From NCBI RefSeq assembly GCF_008000775.2, contig NZ_CP042905.2:780001-812000 (forward strand): DNA of 32,000 nucleotides, in the 5' to 3' direction. The notes beneath the pieces were generated by a model that made no database searches, was not told the origin of the DNA, and saw only the letters and a program-made list of their open reading frames with translations. The DNA is from Promethearchaeum syntrophicum. Its GTDB lineage: Archaea > Asgardarchaeota > Lokiarchaeia > Sigyniarchaeales > Promethearchaeaceae. Below, one piece after another: positions 8,885 through 16,585 of this stretch. Numbering within the stretch: position 1 is the first letter of the stretch; the number at the start of each line of letters is the position of its first letter. The position numbers and the translations under genes were made by a program.

Positions 8885-8957
8885 AGCCCCTTAGTGTAGT
8901 GGCCAAGCATAGAGGGCCCTGACCCCTTTGACCCAAGTTCGAATCTTGGAGGGGCTA
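8885..8957 (+). tRNA. tRNA-Gln: tRNA-Gln (anticodon CUG), no encoded CCA
   Basis: Hand-folded cloverleaf. Acceptor AGCCCCT/AGGGGCT has the A1:U72 pair typical of archaeal tRNA-Gln. U8 is present. D arm is GTGT-AGTGGCCAA-GCAT with the GG. Anticodon arm is GAGGG-CCCTGAC-CCCTT. Variable loop is TGAC. T arm is CCAAG-TTCGAAT-CTTGG. Discriminator is A. Caveat: position 33 reads as C rather than U. Confidence 0.85.
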
Positions 8958-9049
8958 TTTCATCTATAACCTTTAAAATTTTCCATTATGCATACGTGTC
9001 CAATGGAAATCCTAATTTTTTTTTCATTATTCCTAAAGTGATATTACAT

Positions 9050-9649
9050 ATGCTTGAAATTGAAACGAAAATCAAAATTGATAATATTATACTATTAAAA
9101 AAGAAATTGGAAAAATTTAATGCAAAAAATTGTGCGATCTTGGATCAAATTGATACATACTATAACTATCCTGTAGAATCTCGTGATTTTTCAAAAACTG
9201 ATGAAGCTTTACGCTTGAGAAAAACTACTGAATCTGATCCAATAACATTAAAAAAGCTTAAAGAAGTCGTTGATTTAACATATAAAGGACCAAATTTAGA
9301 TAAGGAAATTAAAACGAGAATAGAGCATGTTTGTCACGTGATTGAGGCAGAAAAAATCGAAGAAATTCTGAAAGCATTGAGCTTTAAGGATGTTATATCA
9401 ATTAATAAACATCGTGAAGTCTTTGAGCTTAATTATAATGATAATAAAATCGAGGTTTTAATAGATATCATAGAAAATCTTCCAGGGTCTTATTTTGAAG
9501 CTGAAATCTTGGTGAAAGATGATAAAATGATTGAATATTATAAGAATGTCTTATTTTCATTTATCCAAGAATGCGGTTATTCAAAAAAAGATATACTCCC
9601 GGATACTTATTTAGAAATGGTTCTTGAAAAAATTGCGAAAAAATATTAG
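9050..9649 (+). CDS. CYTH-domain protein (CyaB-like class IV adenylyl cyclase / triphosphate tunnel metalloenzyme)
   Basis: With ATG 9050 the N-terminus is MLEIETKIKI, which is the ExExK signature at the usual position. Other motifs are ALRLRK, TYKGP and SYFEAEI (the ExE near the C-terminus). The GTG at 8996 would add 18 non-conserved residues and sit 39 nt after the tRNA. Confidence 0.75.
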   Translation: MLEIETKIKIDNIILLKKKLEKFNAKNCAILDQIDTYYNYPVESRDFSKTDEALRLRKTTESDPITLKKLKEVVDLTYKGPNLDKEIKTRIEHVCHVIEAEKIEEILKALSFKDVISINKHREVFELNYNDNKIEVLIDIIENLPGSYFEAEILVKDDKMIEYYKNVLFSFIQECGYSKKDILPDTYLEMVLEKIAKKY

Positions 9650-10266
9650 AAGTACTCGGTTGTTTCTTCTTCAATCCTCTTCATAAATTCTAAAATGAAA
9701 CTTGAACGTTCATGTGCTAGACCTTTACTAAAGTCTAAGAACATATGTGATTCTAATTTTAAAATTTTCTCATTAATATGGGCAATAACAGCTGGGATAC
9801 CTGAACCCTGTTGACCTTGGTAGGCACAAACCCGAAAGATTCCTACTGCTCCAAGAGCATCCAGCTTATCTGCGTCTGATGTAATTTGGGCCTCTAATGT
9901 TTGAGGTTTTCCTCCCATTGAATAACTGTGCCCTAAAATACCATGACGAATTTCTTGTATATCGCGCGGTGAGAAATCTAATGTTTTAAGGAAGGTTTCA
10001 GCAGATTTTCCTGAAATAATTGCATGGTTTTTTTTTTGCTCTTTCTCATATTTCCTGCCAATATCATGCAACCATACGATACACTCTATTAGGGGCCAAG
10101 ACCCTCCTTCATGGGCATGAATTCGTCGAGCGGTTTGAAGCACCCTTTTAACGTGGGGTAAACCGTGTAATCCTTCTTTTTCTGGATAGTGCTCTTTCGA
10201 AAATTCTTTTATTTTGGGGATAAATGGGATTAGATGATCAAAATCTGTATCAGTAGTATCACTCAT
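9646..10266 (-). CDS. HD-domain metal-dependent phosphohydrolase
   Basis: H..HVKRV, WLHDIGR (the HD dyad), GHSYS and DADKLDALGAVGIFR form the canonical HD superfamily ligand pattern. 206 aa with an ATG start. Confidence 0.8.
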   Translation of the reverse strand: MSDTTDTDFDHLIPFIPKIKEFSKEHYPEKEGLHGLPHVKRVLQTARRIHAHEGGSWPLIECIVWLHDIGRKYEKEQKKNHAIISGKSAETFLKTLDFSPRDIQEIRHGILGHSYSMGGKPQTLEAQITSDADKLDALGAVGIFRVCAYQGQQGSGIPAVIAHINEKILKLESHMFLDFSKGLAHERSSFILEFMKRIEEETTEYF

Positions 10267-10379
10267 TTCAAACTAAAAAAAAAAACACTTCTAATTATAA
10301 AAATGTTAAGAAAAAATCGGAATTATCTCTCAATATAAAGATAATTCTTAATGTCTGTATTTCTTTCTATTATTGGGCA

Positions 10380-10440
10380 ATGATGATAAATTTTAATCTG
10401 ATTTTTGGCAAAAAATGATTTTTTATCTAGAATAATCTGA
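10380..10440 (+). ncRNA. Weak candidate C/D-box sRNA
   Basis: ATGATGA (10380-86), 11 nt, CTGA (10398-401), 13 nt, ATGATTT (10415-21, a degenerate C'), 15 nt, CTGA (10437-40). Flanking GGC (10376-78) can pair with GCC (10441-43). Spacing is imperfect and both guides are AT-only, so chance is a real alternative. Confidence 0.2.
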
Positions 10441-10561
10441 GCCTTTTGGAATAGAATTCCCATCCCAGGCGCTAGGATGACATGTGAAAGGTAGATAACC
10501 TCCAATATCATCTTTCTTGTTAAAAAGAAAGAATTTTGGGCATTTTTTTTACTTGCCTTGT

Positions 10562-11536
10562 TTAAATTACCTTGTAAAAAGTGGATTTCATATTTTCATT
10601 TGACTGGAATCCAAGTTTTTGATATAGATTCAATGCTTTTTCATTATCAACATGTACATCTAATTGAATAGTTTTACATCCTTGGTTTTTTGCGGTCTGA
10701 ATTGTAGCTTCTAATAATTTTGTTCCGATGCCCCGATGTCGGTATTCAGGGAGAATCCCAACAGAATAAATTGTTCCAATCTTTTTCTGAGCATCAACAA
10801 AAAAGACGCTCACACCGATAGGTTGTTGTTGGTTTTTAACATAAAAAACCTCAATGTCAAATTGATTTTTTCTAATTTGAAAGATTTTTTTACTAGATTC
10901 TGCCTTGGCTGGTAGAAATTCAAAGCTACCTATGAAGGATTTATTTATAAGATCTACATAGAGGTGATAATTATCTGGTTCACCTGATTTTTGCAAAATG
11001 GATACATCTAGTGGAAGATCAACGGGGGTTGTCTGGATGAAATCGGTGAGATGCATTTCAAGCAGATATTGGATAGGATGATAGCCCATATGTTCTAATG
11101 CATTATCAAATGGAGCAGAATTAGATCCTTTAGTATCTAAAACAAGAGTTGAGAGTTTTAGTTTTTTCCCAAGTGCAATTGCTGCTTTTAATAATTGCTG
11201 TGGGAGTGTTGAGTTAAAATATTCTGGAAGTATGCCGTAAATCAGTCGGGTAGATTTCACATTGCCTAGAAAATTGGTTAAACCTGCAACTCCAACAATC
11301 TCACCTTTCTCATTTTCAGCTAGAAGGAAATCCCGGGAATATTTCACTTTATCCCCCAACATTAAAAAAATATCTTTTTTCTGTTCGACATATGCTTCAG
11401 ATAATATATGTTTTCGATGGGCATTGTAAATGGAAAGAATTAGAGAGCGATCGGTATTTTCATCCCACGATTTGATTTGAAAATTAACTTTTTTAGTTTT
11501 TGATGACATTCTTGTCATTTCTAAAGAATATGCCAT
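10562..11536 (-). CDS. Double-GNAT N-acetyltransferase (MshD-like architecture: degenerate N-terminal GNAT plus an intact C-terminal GNAT)
   Basis: The C-terminal domain has GILPEYRHRGIGTKLLE (motif A, R/QxxGxG) and ALNLYQKLGF. The N-terminal domain has the parallel GILPEYFNSTLPQQLLK but lacks the GxG. Confidence 0.8.
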   Translation of the reverse strand: MAYSLEMTRMSSKTKKVNFQIKSWDENTDRSLILSIYNAHRKHILSEAYVEQKKDIFLMLGDKVKYSRDFLLAENEKGEIVGVAGLTNFLGNVKSTRLIYGILPEYFNSTLPQQLLKAAIALGKKLKLSTLVLDTKGSNSAPFDNALEHMGYHPIQYLLEMHLTDFIQTTPVDLPLDVSILQKSGEPDNYHLYVDLINKSFIGSFEFLPAKAESSKKIFQIRKNQFDIEVFYVKNQQQPIGVSVFFVDAQKKIGTIYSVGILPEYRHRGIGTKLLEATIQTAKNQGCKTIQLDVHVDNEKALNLYQKLGFQSNENMKSTFYKVI

Positions 11537-11576
11537 TCTTTAAAAAACATACTAAAATGTGATATGATAACCATTG

Positions 11577-12803
11577 TTACCAAAAACTAAATGTATTTAC
11601 TTTTGGAAATATTTCATCGAAATCAGCAATTACTTGAGGTACTAAGTTTTTTGAATTGTATATCACATTTTTTTTAGGAACAGTTAGTTTTCCATTTAAA
11701 TAAAGTTCAAAAGATGATTTTCTTCCAGATATTAACGGAACTAAATCGCTAATTGAAATTTTCGCATCAATCTTTCCGGAATATGATTCAACGCGCTCAA
11801 TTTTACTCTTTGAAAACAGAAAGATTCCATTATTTTTATTAAGTATCTCATCTGAGACTTTAAGATATATATCTTGATCGGGAAATTCTTTACAAATTTT
11901 ATTTAAAACTTTCTCAAGGTTCACAATTCTAAACATGTGCCATGGGTTGTCTTGAAATGAAAATTTCTTTCCTCTCAACCAATAATTATCTATAAGTAAA
12001 TCGATTGGAAAATCGAGGGGGATAGAAAAGAAAATGATTTTTTTAACTTGATCTTGATAAGAAAGTAGAAACTGTTTTAGAGCGTAAAAAGCTTGTAGAT
12101 CAATATACTGCATAATCTCAATTTTTAACGTCTCATCTTTTTCATGATATATTATATATCCTTTAGGTTCGAAATTTTCATTATATGTGACGGCAATATA
12201 TTTTTTTGACATCTGATTAAATGTTTCTGTAAATACCTCATGAACTTTAGATGGATTGTATCTGGAATGTTCCCAAAACCATCTTTTAACTTGGGTGATA
12301 TCATCCCTTAACTTAGAATCCTCCTTTACTTTTCCCATTTTAGTTTTATATCCCGAAGCATCAGTTTTTTTTGAGAGAAAATCAAAATCAGAATCTAACT
12401 TCTTACTATCTAACGCATTTTCAAAACCTAAATTTCGATAAAATTGATGCTTAAATGGACCTAAACAATGGAAATGAAATTTTGAATCACAGCTACTTTC
12501 CAATTCCTTTATCAAACCTTTTCTAATTAATCCTTTTTTCCGATAGGTGGGAAGAGTAGCAACGTTTTCAATATTTTTAACATCAAAAATCTCACCTCTT
12601 AACATTATTTGACTAGAATAGCTACCGTATGTTGCAGCTAAAGTGTCCCCATCAAACCATCCGAAGGCATCATCCAAAATTTTTTCATTTTTTATAATTA
12701 AATTTCCCCATTCTTCATCTTGTTCATTCTCTGGTGGAAATGAAAATTTTAACAATTTTTTGAGTGATTTTAGGTGAGATTTGTCTAATTTGATTAATTC
12801 CAT
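11577..12803 (-). CDS. Eis-family GNAT N-acetyltransferase (GNAT + GNAT-like + SCP2-like C-terminal domain), paralogue A
   Basis: 408 aa. VATLPTYRKKGLIRKGL (motif A) and FYRNLGFE. The C-terminal WHMFRIVNLEKVL...YLKVSDE...ISISDLVPLISGRKS...FPKVNTFSFW aligns by eye with M. tuberculosis Eis (WLRIMNVPAAL...LEVSD...MDRDVLGSLYLGAHRAS...PVQTAFEF). Confidence 0.8.
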   Translation of the reverse strand: MELIKLDKSHLKSLKKLLKFSFPPENEQDEEWGNLIIKNEKILDDAFGWFDGDTLAATYGSYSSQIMLRGEIFDVKNIENVATLPTYRKKGLIRKGLIKELESSCDSKFHFHCLGPFKHQFYRNLGFENALDSKKLDSDFDFLSKKTDASGYKTKMGKVKEDSKLRDDITQVKRWFWEHSRYNPSKVHEVFTETFNQMSKKYIAVTYNENFEPKGYIIYHEKDETLKIEIMQYIDLQAFYALKQFLLSYQDQVKKIIFFSIPLDFPIDLLIDNYWLRGKKFSFQDNPWHMFRIVNLEKVLNKICKEFPDQDIYLKVSDEILNKNNGIFLFSKSKIERVESYSGKIDAKISISDLVPLISGRKSSFELYLNGKLTVPKKNVIYNSKNLVPQVIADFDEIFPKVNTFSFW

Positions 12804-12914
12804 TATATTATTTTAAAATATCTATTTTCTTATAAAGTTCATCCAAATCTGACCATTATTTCAATGATAATTCTACAGTTGAGCATATATCTGAGAAATA
12901 ATCCAGTATCTATT
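12804..12914 (-). pseudogene. Decayed remnant of the 3' end of the methyltransferase gene (14146..16251), carried along by the tandem duplication
   Basis: 12804-12844 and 14142-14182 match at 36 of 41 positions ungapped (my count). On the minus strand the remnant reads ...DELYKKIDILK-stop, versus the methyltransferase C-terminus ...DEIYKKIDILE-stop. Weaker similarity continues for roughly another 60 nt, and an in-frame TAA interrupts the remnant (...stop-WSDLDELYKKIDILK). Confidence 0.65.
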
Positions 12915-14141
12915 TTATAAAATGCCGAATGTGGTCACTTTTGGAAATATTTTATCCAACTCAGCTATTATCGGAGGTGCTAAGCTTTTTGAATTGTAAA
13001 TTGTCCCATTTCCAGGAATGGTTAGTTTTCCAGTTAAATATAAGTCATAAGATGATTTCCGTCCTGATAGTAAAGGAACTAAATCACTAATTGAAAGAGC
13101 TGCATCAATTTTTCCTGAATATGAATCAACCCGTTCAATTTTATTCTTTGAAAATAAATATATTCCATTATTTTGATTAAATAATCCATCTGATACTTTA
13201 AGATATATCTCGTTATCTTGAATTTCTTTACAAATTTCTCTTAAAACACTCTCAAGATTTACAATCCTAAACATACGCCATGAATTGTCTTGTACCGAAC
13301 ATTTCTTTCCAGTTAACCAGTAATTGTCAATTAGTAAATCTATTGGCAAATCAGGTTGGATGGACGTAAAAAGAATTTTCTTAACTTGGTCTTGATAGGA
13401 TAGTAATAATTGTTTTAGCGCGTAAAAAGCTTGAAGATCGATATAGTGCATATTTGTAATTTTTAGAATTTGCTCAATTTCTGAAAATATCATATAACCC
13501 TTTGGAATTGAATTTTCATCATAGGCAATTGCAACATATTTTTTTGACATTTGGAAAAAAACTTCATCATACAGTTCAGGAATTTTAGCTTGATTATATC
13601 TGGAATTTTCCCCCATCCATTTTTTAACTTGCATTAGATCTTCTCTTAAATTAGAATCTTCTTTTAGTATCCCAATTTTAGTTCGGTATCCTTGGAAATC
13701 CGTTTTTTTGGATAAAAAATCAAAGTCAAATTCTACTCTTCTGCTGTCCATTACAGTTTCAAAGCCTAAATTCCGATAAAATTCTTGTTTAAACGGACCT
13801 AAAGAAAAAAAATGAAATTGTGAATCAAAATTTTTCTCCAATTCCAAAGTCAACCCTTTTCTAACTAAACCTTTCTTCCGATAGGTGGGAAGAGTTGCCA
13901 CGAGATCAATAAATTTCACTTTGAAAAATTTATTTCTTATCTTGAATTGACCGCTATAGCTGCTATATGTCGAAACTAAAGTGTCTCCATCAAACCAGCC
14001 ATAGGCCTCATCCCAAATTCTATTATTTTTTAAAAATAATGCTACCTCTTCATTTTCTTCCTCATCTTCTAGTGGAAATGAAAATTTCATCAGCTTTTCG
14101 AATGATTCTCTGTGGGATTGGTCTAACTTGATTAGTTCCAT
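12915..14141 (-). CDS. Eis-family GNAT N-acetyltransferase, paralogue B
   Basis: 408 aa and collinear without gaps with paralogue A. Identity is 36/60 over the first 60 residues by my count and higher toward the C-terminus. It has the same motifs (VATLPTYRKKGLVRKGL, FYRNLGFE, FRIVNLESVL, YLKVSD). Its start is 4 nt after the methyltransferase stop. Confidence 0.8.
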   Translation of the reverse strand: MELIKLDQSHRESFEKLMKFSFPLEDEEENEEVALFLKNNRIWDEAYGWFDGDTLVSTYSSYSGQFKIRNKFFKVKFIDLVATLPTYRKKGLVRKGLTLELEKNFDSQFHFFSLGPFKQEFYRNLGFETVMDSRRVEFDFDFLSKKTDFQGYRTKIGILKEDSNLREDLMQVKKWMGENSRYNQAKIPELYDEVFFQMSKKYVAIAYDENSIPKGYMIFSEIEQILKITNMHYIDLQAFYALKQLLLSYQDQVKKILFTSIQPDLPIDLLIDNYWLTGKKCSVQDNSWRMFRIVNLESVLREICKEIQDNEIYLKVSDGLFNQNNGIYLFSKNKIERVDSYSGKIDAALSISDLVPLLSGRKSSYDLYLTGKLTIPGNGTIYNSKSLAPPIIAELDKIFPKVTTFGIL

Positions 14142-14145
14142 ATTA

Positions 14146-16251
14146 TTATTCTAAAATATCTATTTTCTTATAAATTTCATCGATATTCGGCAATGTTTTC
14201 AATGTTTTATCTATTGCGGTGCATATTTTCAAGAAAATTACTAATTCTTCATGTGTTAAACTTCTCTGCAGCGTATTCCATTTTCTTACAGAAGAAAATT
14301 TTCGAGATTTAAGGAATTGAGGTAATTGTGGAATATTTCCAATTGAAAACTCCCACATTGGTAATGTAATACCTTTAATCCAAATAGTTTTTGATTTATT
14401 AAAATGTATACATTCTTCTTCGGGTGAATAATAAAAATCTTTTACAACCCATTGATCTGGAGAAATATCTGACAATTCAAATTTTTTTCTGTTATCAATA
14501 TCTAACATATGAGCCCGTGCTAAGATTTTTCCAATTTCAGACATTTCATTAAATAAATTTTGATCTTTTGTAATTGGAATTCTTGGAAAACCTTTCAGTA
14601 AATATTCGTCGTAGCGTTTTCGATAGGTCATTGAAAATAGAATGCCATAAATATAGTAAAAAAGATCTTCACCATGGCAAGAATAGGAAAGTTTTGGGAG
14701 ATTAATGTTGGGTTTTCCATCCTTTTCTAAAAGAAATGCATACGATGTGTCAGTAACTGACATAAAACACTTTTCAATTAATTTGTTTGAGATAAAAGCA
14801 GTGCAAAAATGAGCTTTCCGGGATGATTTTGAGATGGTAATTGCAGGATTTTCGTTAGAAATTTGATCAATATATCCCATTCTATGTCCTTCAACAATGC
14901 TTCTATCATAAGCGATATATCTGAAATCGAAACCGCGATATTGAATAAGTGTAATTTTGCTCAAAACTTGTTCTAAATTTGTTTTAGAATACACTTTTTT
15001 TTTTTTCCAAGATTTAGAATCTTGAGTTTTTATTTTAAGTTCGTCTAATCTGTCAAAATCTTTGTTAAAGAATAATTTTAGATTTGTTTCAATATTTTTT
15101 CGATCCGTATCAAGCAAAAGATGATCTTTACCAACCATGATACCGCTTGTTGGGGAAGATACAAAAAAAGAATCAATACTTGGAAAAGATTCGTATCTAT
15201 CTAATAAATCAGTATCTATATCAACAAAATAATTCTTTTTAGTTTCTGAAAGTAATTTAAACCTTTCTTCATTAAATCCGTGTGAAAGGATTGAAAATTT
15301 TTCTTCACGGGTAGGATTTGGAATATCCATATAGTGAATTGCTGCATTTTTATCTAGTGAGTTATCAATTCTAACCATGAAGGCAATGCAAACTCCAATG
15401 CGAATATCAAATGGATTTCCTGTCTCTTTTTTTCTCATATCTCCGTGCAAATTGACAATGTAAATATGATCGAAAGATTTTCGTAGTGATTTGCGCATAA
15501 TTGAGAACATTTGACCTTCAAGATATCGATTATTTGTAATCATCGCTAATATTCCGGTTCCTGCTTGTTCAATTTTCCATTGCCCAAACCGTAAGAATTT
15601 TACGTAATCATCTGAAATGATCTTTTTGTTTCTTTCCTTTAATCCATTTTTATAATCCATTATTTTTTCATTTATCCAAGGGCAATTATTTTGACTGCTA
15701 AGGTTATAAGGAGGATTACCCATGATGACGAAAACTTCATTTAGATCCTTCTTTTTCAAATAATTTGGATTTAGAAATGTGTTTCCTAAAGAAGAATTGA
15801 GATTTAACTCATTAGACTTTAATTTTAGGCCGAGTTCATGTAATTTGGATAAAATTCTTATATGTCCTAATAGATAAGATTCTTTTAGAATTTCATTTAT
15901 ATAGAAATTATTCAGAAATCCGTTTTTTACCCACTTATCAAATGCATTTTGAGCTATTGGATGACTTGGACCTTCATCTAAAAATCTTCTTTTTGCATAT
16001 TTTAATAAACCACAAGCAAAAGTATTTGTTCCCGCTGCAGGATCCAAGTATTTAAGATTGTTTTCTGTTCTTATACCTTTTTTTAAATTAAAGAATTTCA
16101 TCAAAAGAAAATCAATACTTTCAATCATGAAATCCACTATTTTTTCTGGAGTATATACAACACCTTTCTCTTTTGCGGTTATTGGATCAATAATTTCCAA
16201 GTATTTTCCGTAATTTTCAATCTTATTTAATAAATCTTCACTTGTGATCAT
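14146..16251 (-). CDS. N6-adenine DNA methyltransferase resembling the MTase + target-recognition half of Type ISP / MmeI-like Type IIG enzymes, with no nuclease or helicase domain
   Basis: 701 aa. GVVYTPEKIVDFM (the x-YTP-x block), motif I YLDPAAGTNTF, motif IV IMGNPPYN. The post-catalytic block is DDYVKFLRFGQWKI...GILAMITNNRYLEG..F..MRKSL...FDHIYIVNLHGD. C-terminal FPRIPITKD and WEFSIGNIPQLPQFLKSRK..L are typical of this family. Confidence 0.75.
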   Translation of the reverse strand: MITSEDLLNKIENYGKYLEIIDPITAKEKGVVYTPEKIVDFMIESIDFLLMKFFNLKKGIRTENNLKYLDPAAGTNTFACGLLKYAKRRFLDEGPSHPIAQNAFDKWVKNGFLNNFYINEILKESYLLGHIRILSKLHELGLKLKSNELNLNSSLGNTFLNPNYLKKKDLNEVFVIMGNPPYNLSSQNNCPWINEKIMDYKNGLKERNKKIISDDYVKFLRFGQWKIEQAGTGILAMITNNRYLEGQMFSIMRKSLRKSFDHIYIVNLHGDMRKKETGNPFDIRIGVCIAFMVRIDNSLDKNAAIHYMDIPNPTREEKFSILSHGFNEERFKLLSETKKNYFVDIDTDLLDRYESFPSIDSFFVSSPTSGIMVGKDHLLLDTDRKNIETNLKLFFNKDFDRLDELKIKTQDSKSWKKKKVYSKTNLEQVLSKITLIQYRGFDFRYIAYDRSIVEGHRMGYIDQISNENPAITISKSSRKAHFCTAFISNKLIEKCFMSVTDTSYAFLLEKDGKPNINLPKLSYSCHGEDLFYYIYGILFSMTYRKRYDEYLLKGFPRIPITKDQNLFNEMSEIGKILARAHMLDIDNRKKFELSDISPDQWVVKDFYYSPEEECIHFNKSKTIWIKGITLPMWEFSIGNIPQLPQFLKSRKFSSVRKWNTLQRSLTHEELVIFLKICTAIDKTLKTLPNIDEIYKKIDILE

Positions 16252-16282
16252 TTCTGGATTCTCATTTCAATTAATCATTAAA

Positions 16283-16302
16283 TATATTAACCAGTTAATA
16301 TA
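16283..16302. promoter_or_regulatory. Perfect palindrome TATATTAAC-CA-GTTAATATA in the methyltransferase promoter region
   Basis: 9-bp arms with a 2-nt spacer, read directly, 32-51 nt upstream of the ATG at 16251 (minus strand). It could be an operator, or simply TATA-like AT-rich sequence. Confidence 0.25.
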
Positions 16303-16585
16303 CTATGATCTAAAGTGATTTTTAAATCTTTGCGAATTTCCCCGCTTTATTCTTAAATTTCGATTAAAAATAATCCCAAAATTTAATATATGAAACATTC
16401 ACCATATTTATTGGGCGATTCACCACACTAAAAATATTCATCTATAATGTAAATGGAGAAAAACCTTGCACAGAATAATAGGTTTCTTAAGCTTTTATTT
16501 AAATTCCCTAAATTCCCTAATCTAAAAATAATAATAAAAAATAATAAAAAAAAATAATAACTAAAAACCATTTATTAATATTAAG

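Larger units (their letters stand above)
11577..14250. repeat. Tandem duplication, two units of 1338 bp (Eis-like gene plus about 110 nt of upstream sequence)
   Basis: Equivalent landmarks are offset by exactly 1338 nt (starts 12803/14141, stops 11577/12915). The upstream flank of each copy is homologous (see the pseudogene entry). Confidence 0.8.

Noticed and set aside
8996-9049. GTG-initiated 18-residue N-terminal extension of the CYTH protein
   Set aside because: The CYTH ExExK signature normally sits within the first ~10 residues, and ATG 9050 gives MLEIETKIKI. The extension (MSNGNPNFFFIIPKVILH) is non-conserved-looking and starts 39 nt after the tRNA.
10323-10511. 62-aa minus-strand ORF in the HD / double-GNAT spacer
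   Set aside because: It has no motif and an odd composition (MILEVIYLSHVILAPGMGILFQ...). It would leave no room for the HD-gene promoter, so I treated it as non-coding. See the weak C/D-box candidate on the other strand.
11577-14250. The duplicated 1.34-kb segments as an insertion sequence or other mobile element
   Set aside because: There is no transposase or integrase and no terminal inverted repeats. The units are head-to-tail and encode a metabolic-type acetyltransferase. The junction is explained by simple tandem duplication that included the neighbouring gene's 3' end.
14146-16251. A complete restriction-modification, BREX or DISARM-type defence locus around the methyltransferase
   Set aside because: No endonuclease, helicase, PglZ/BrxC-like, DrmA/B-like or specificity subunit gene is present within the flanking ~14 kb visible here. 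Only the methyltransferase and the acetyltransferases are clustered.
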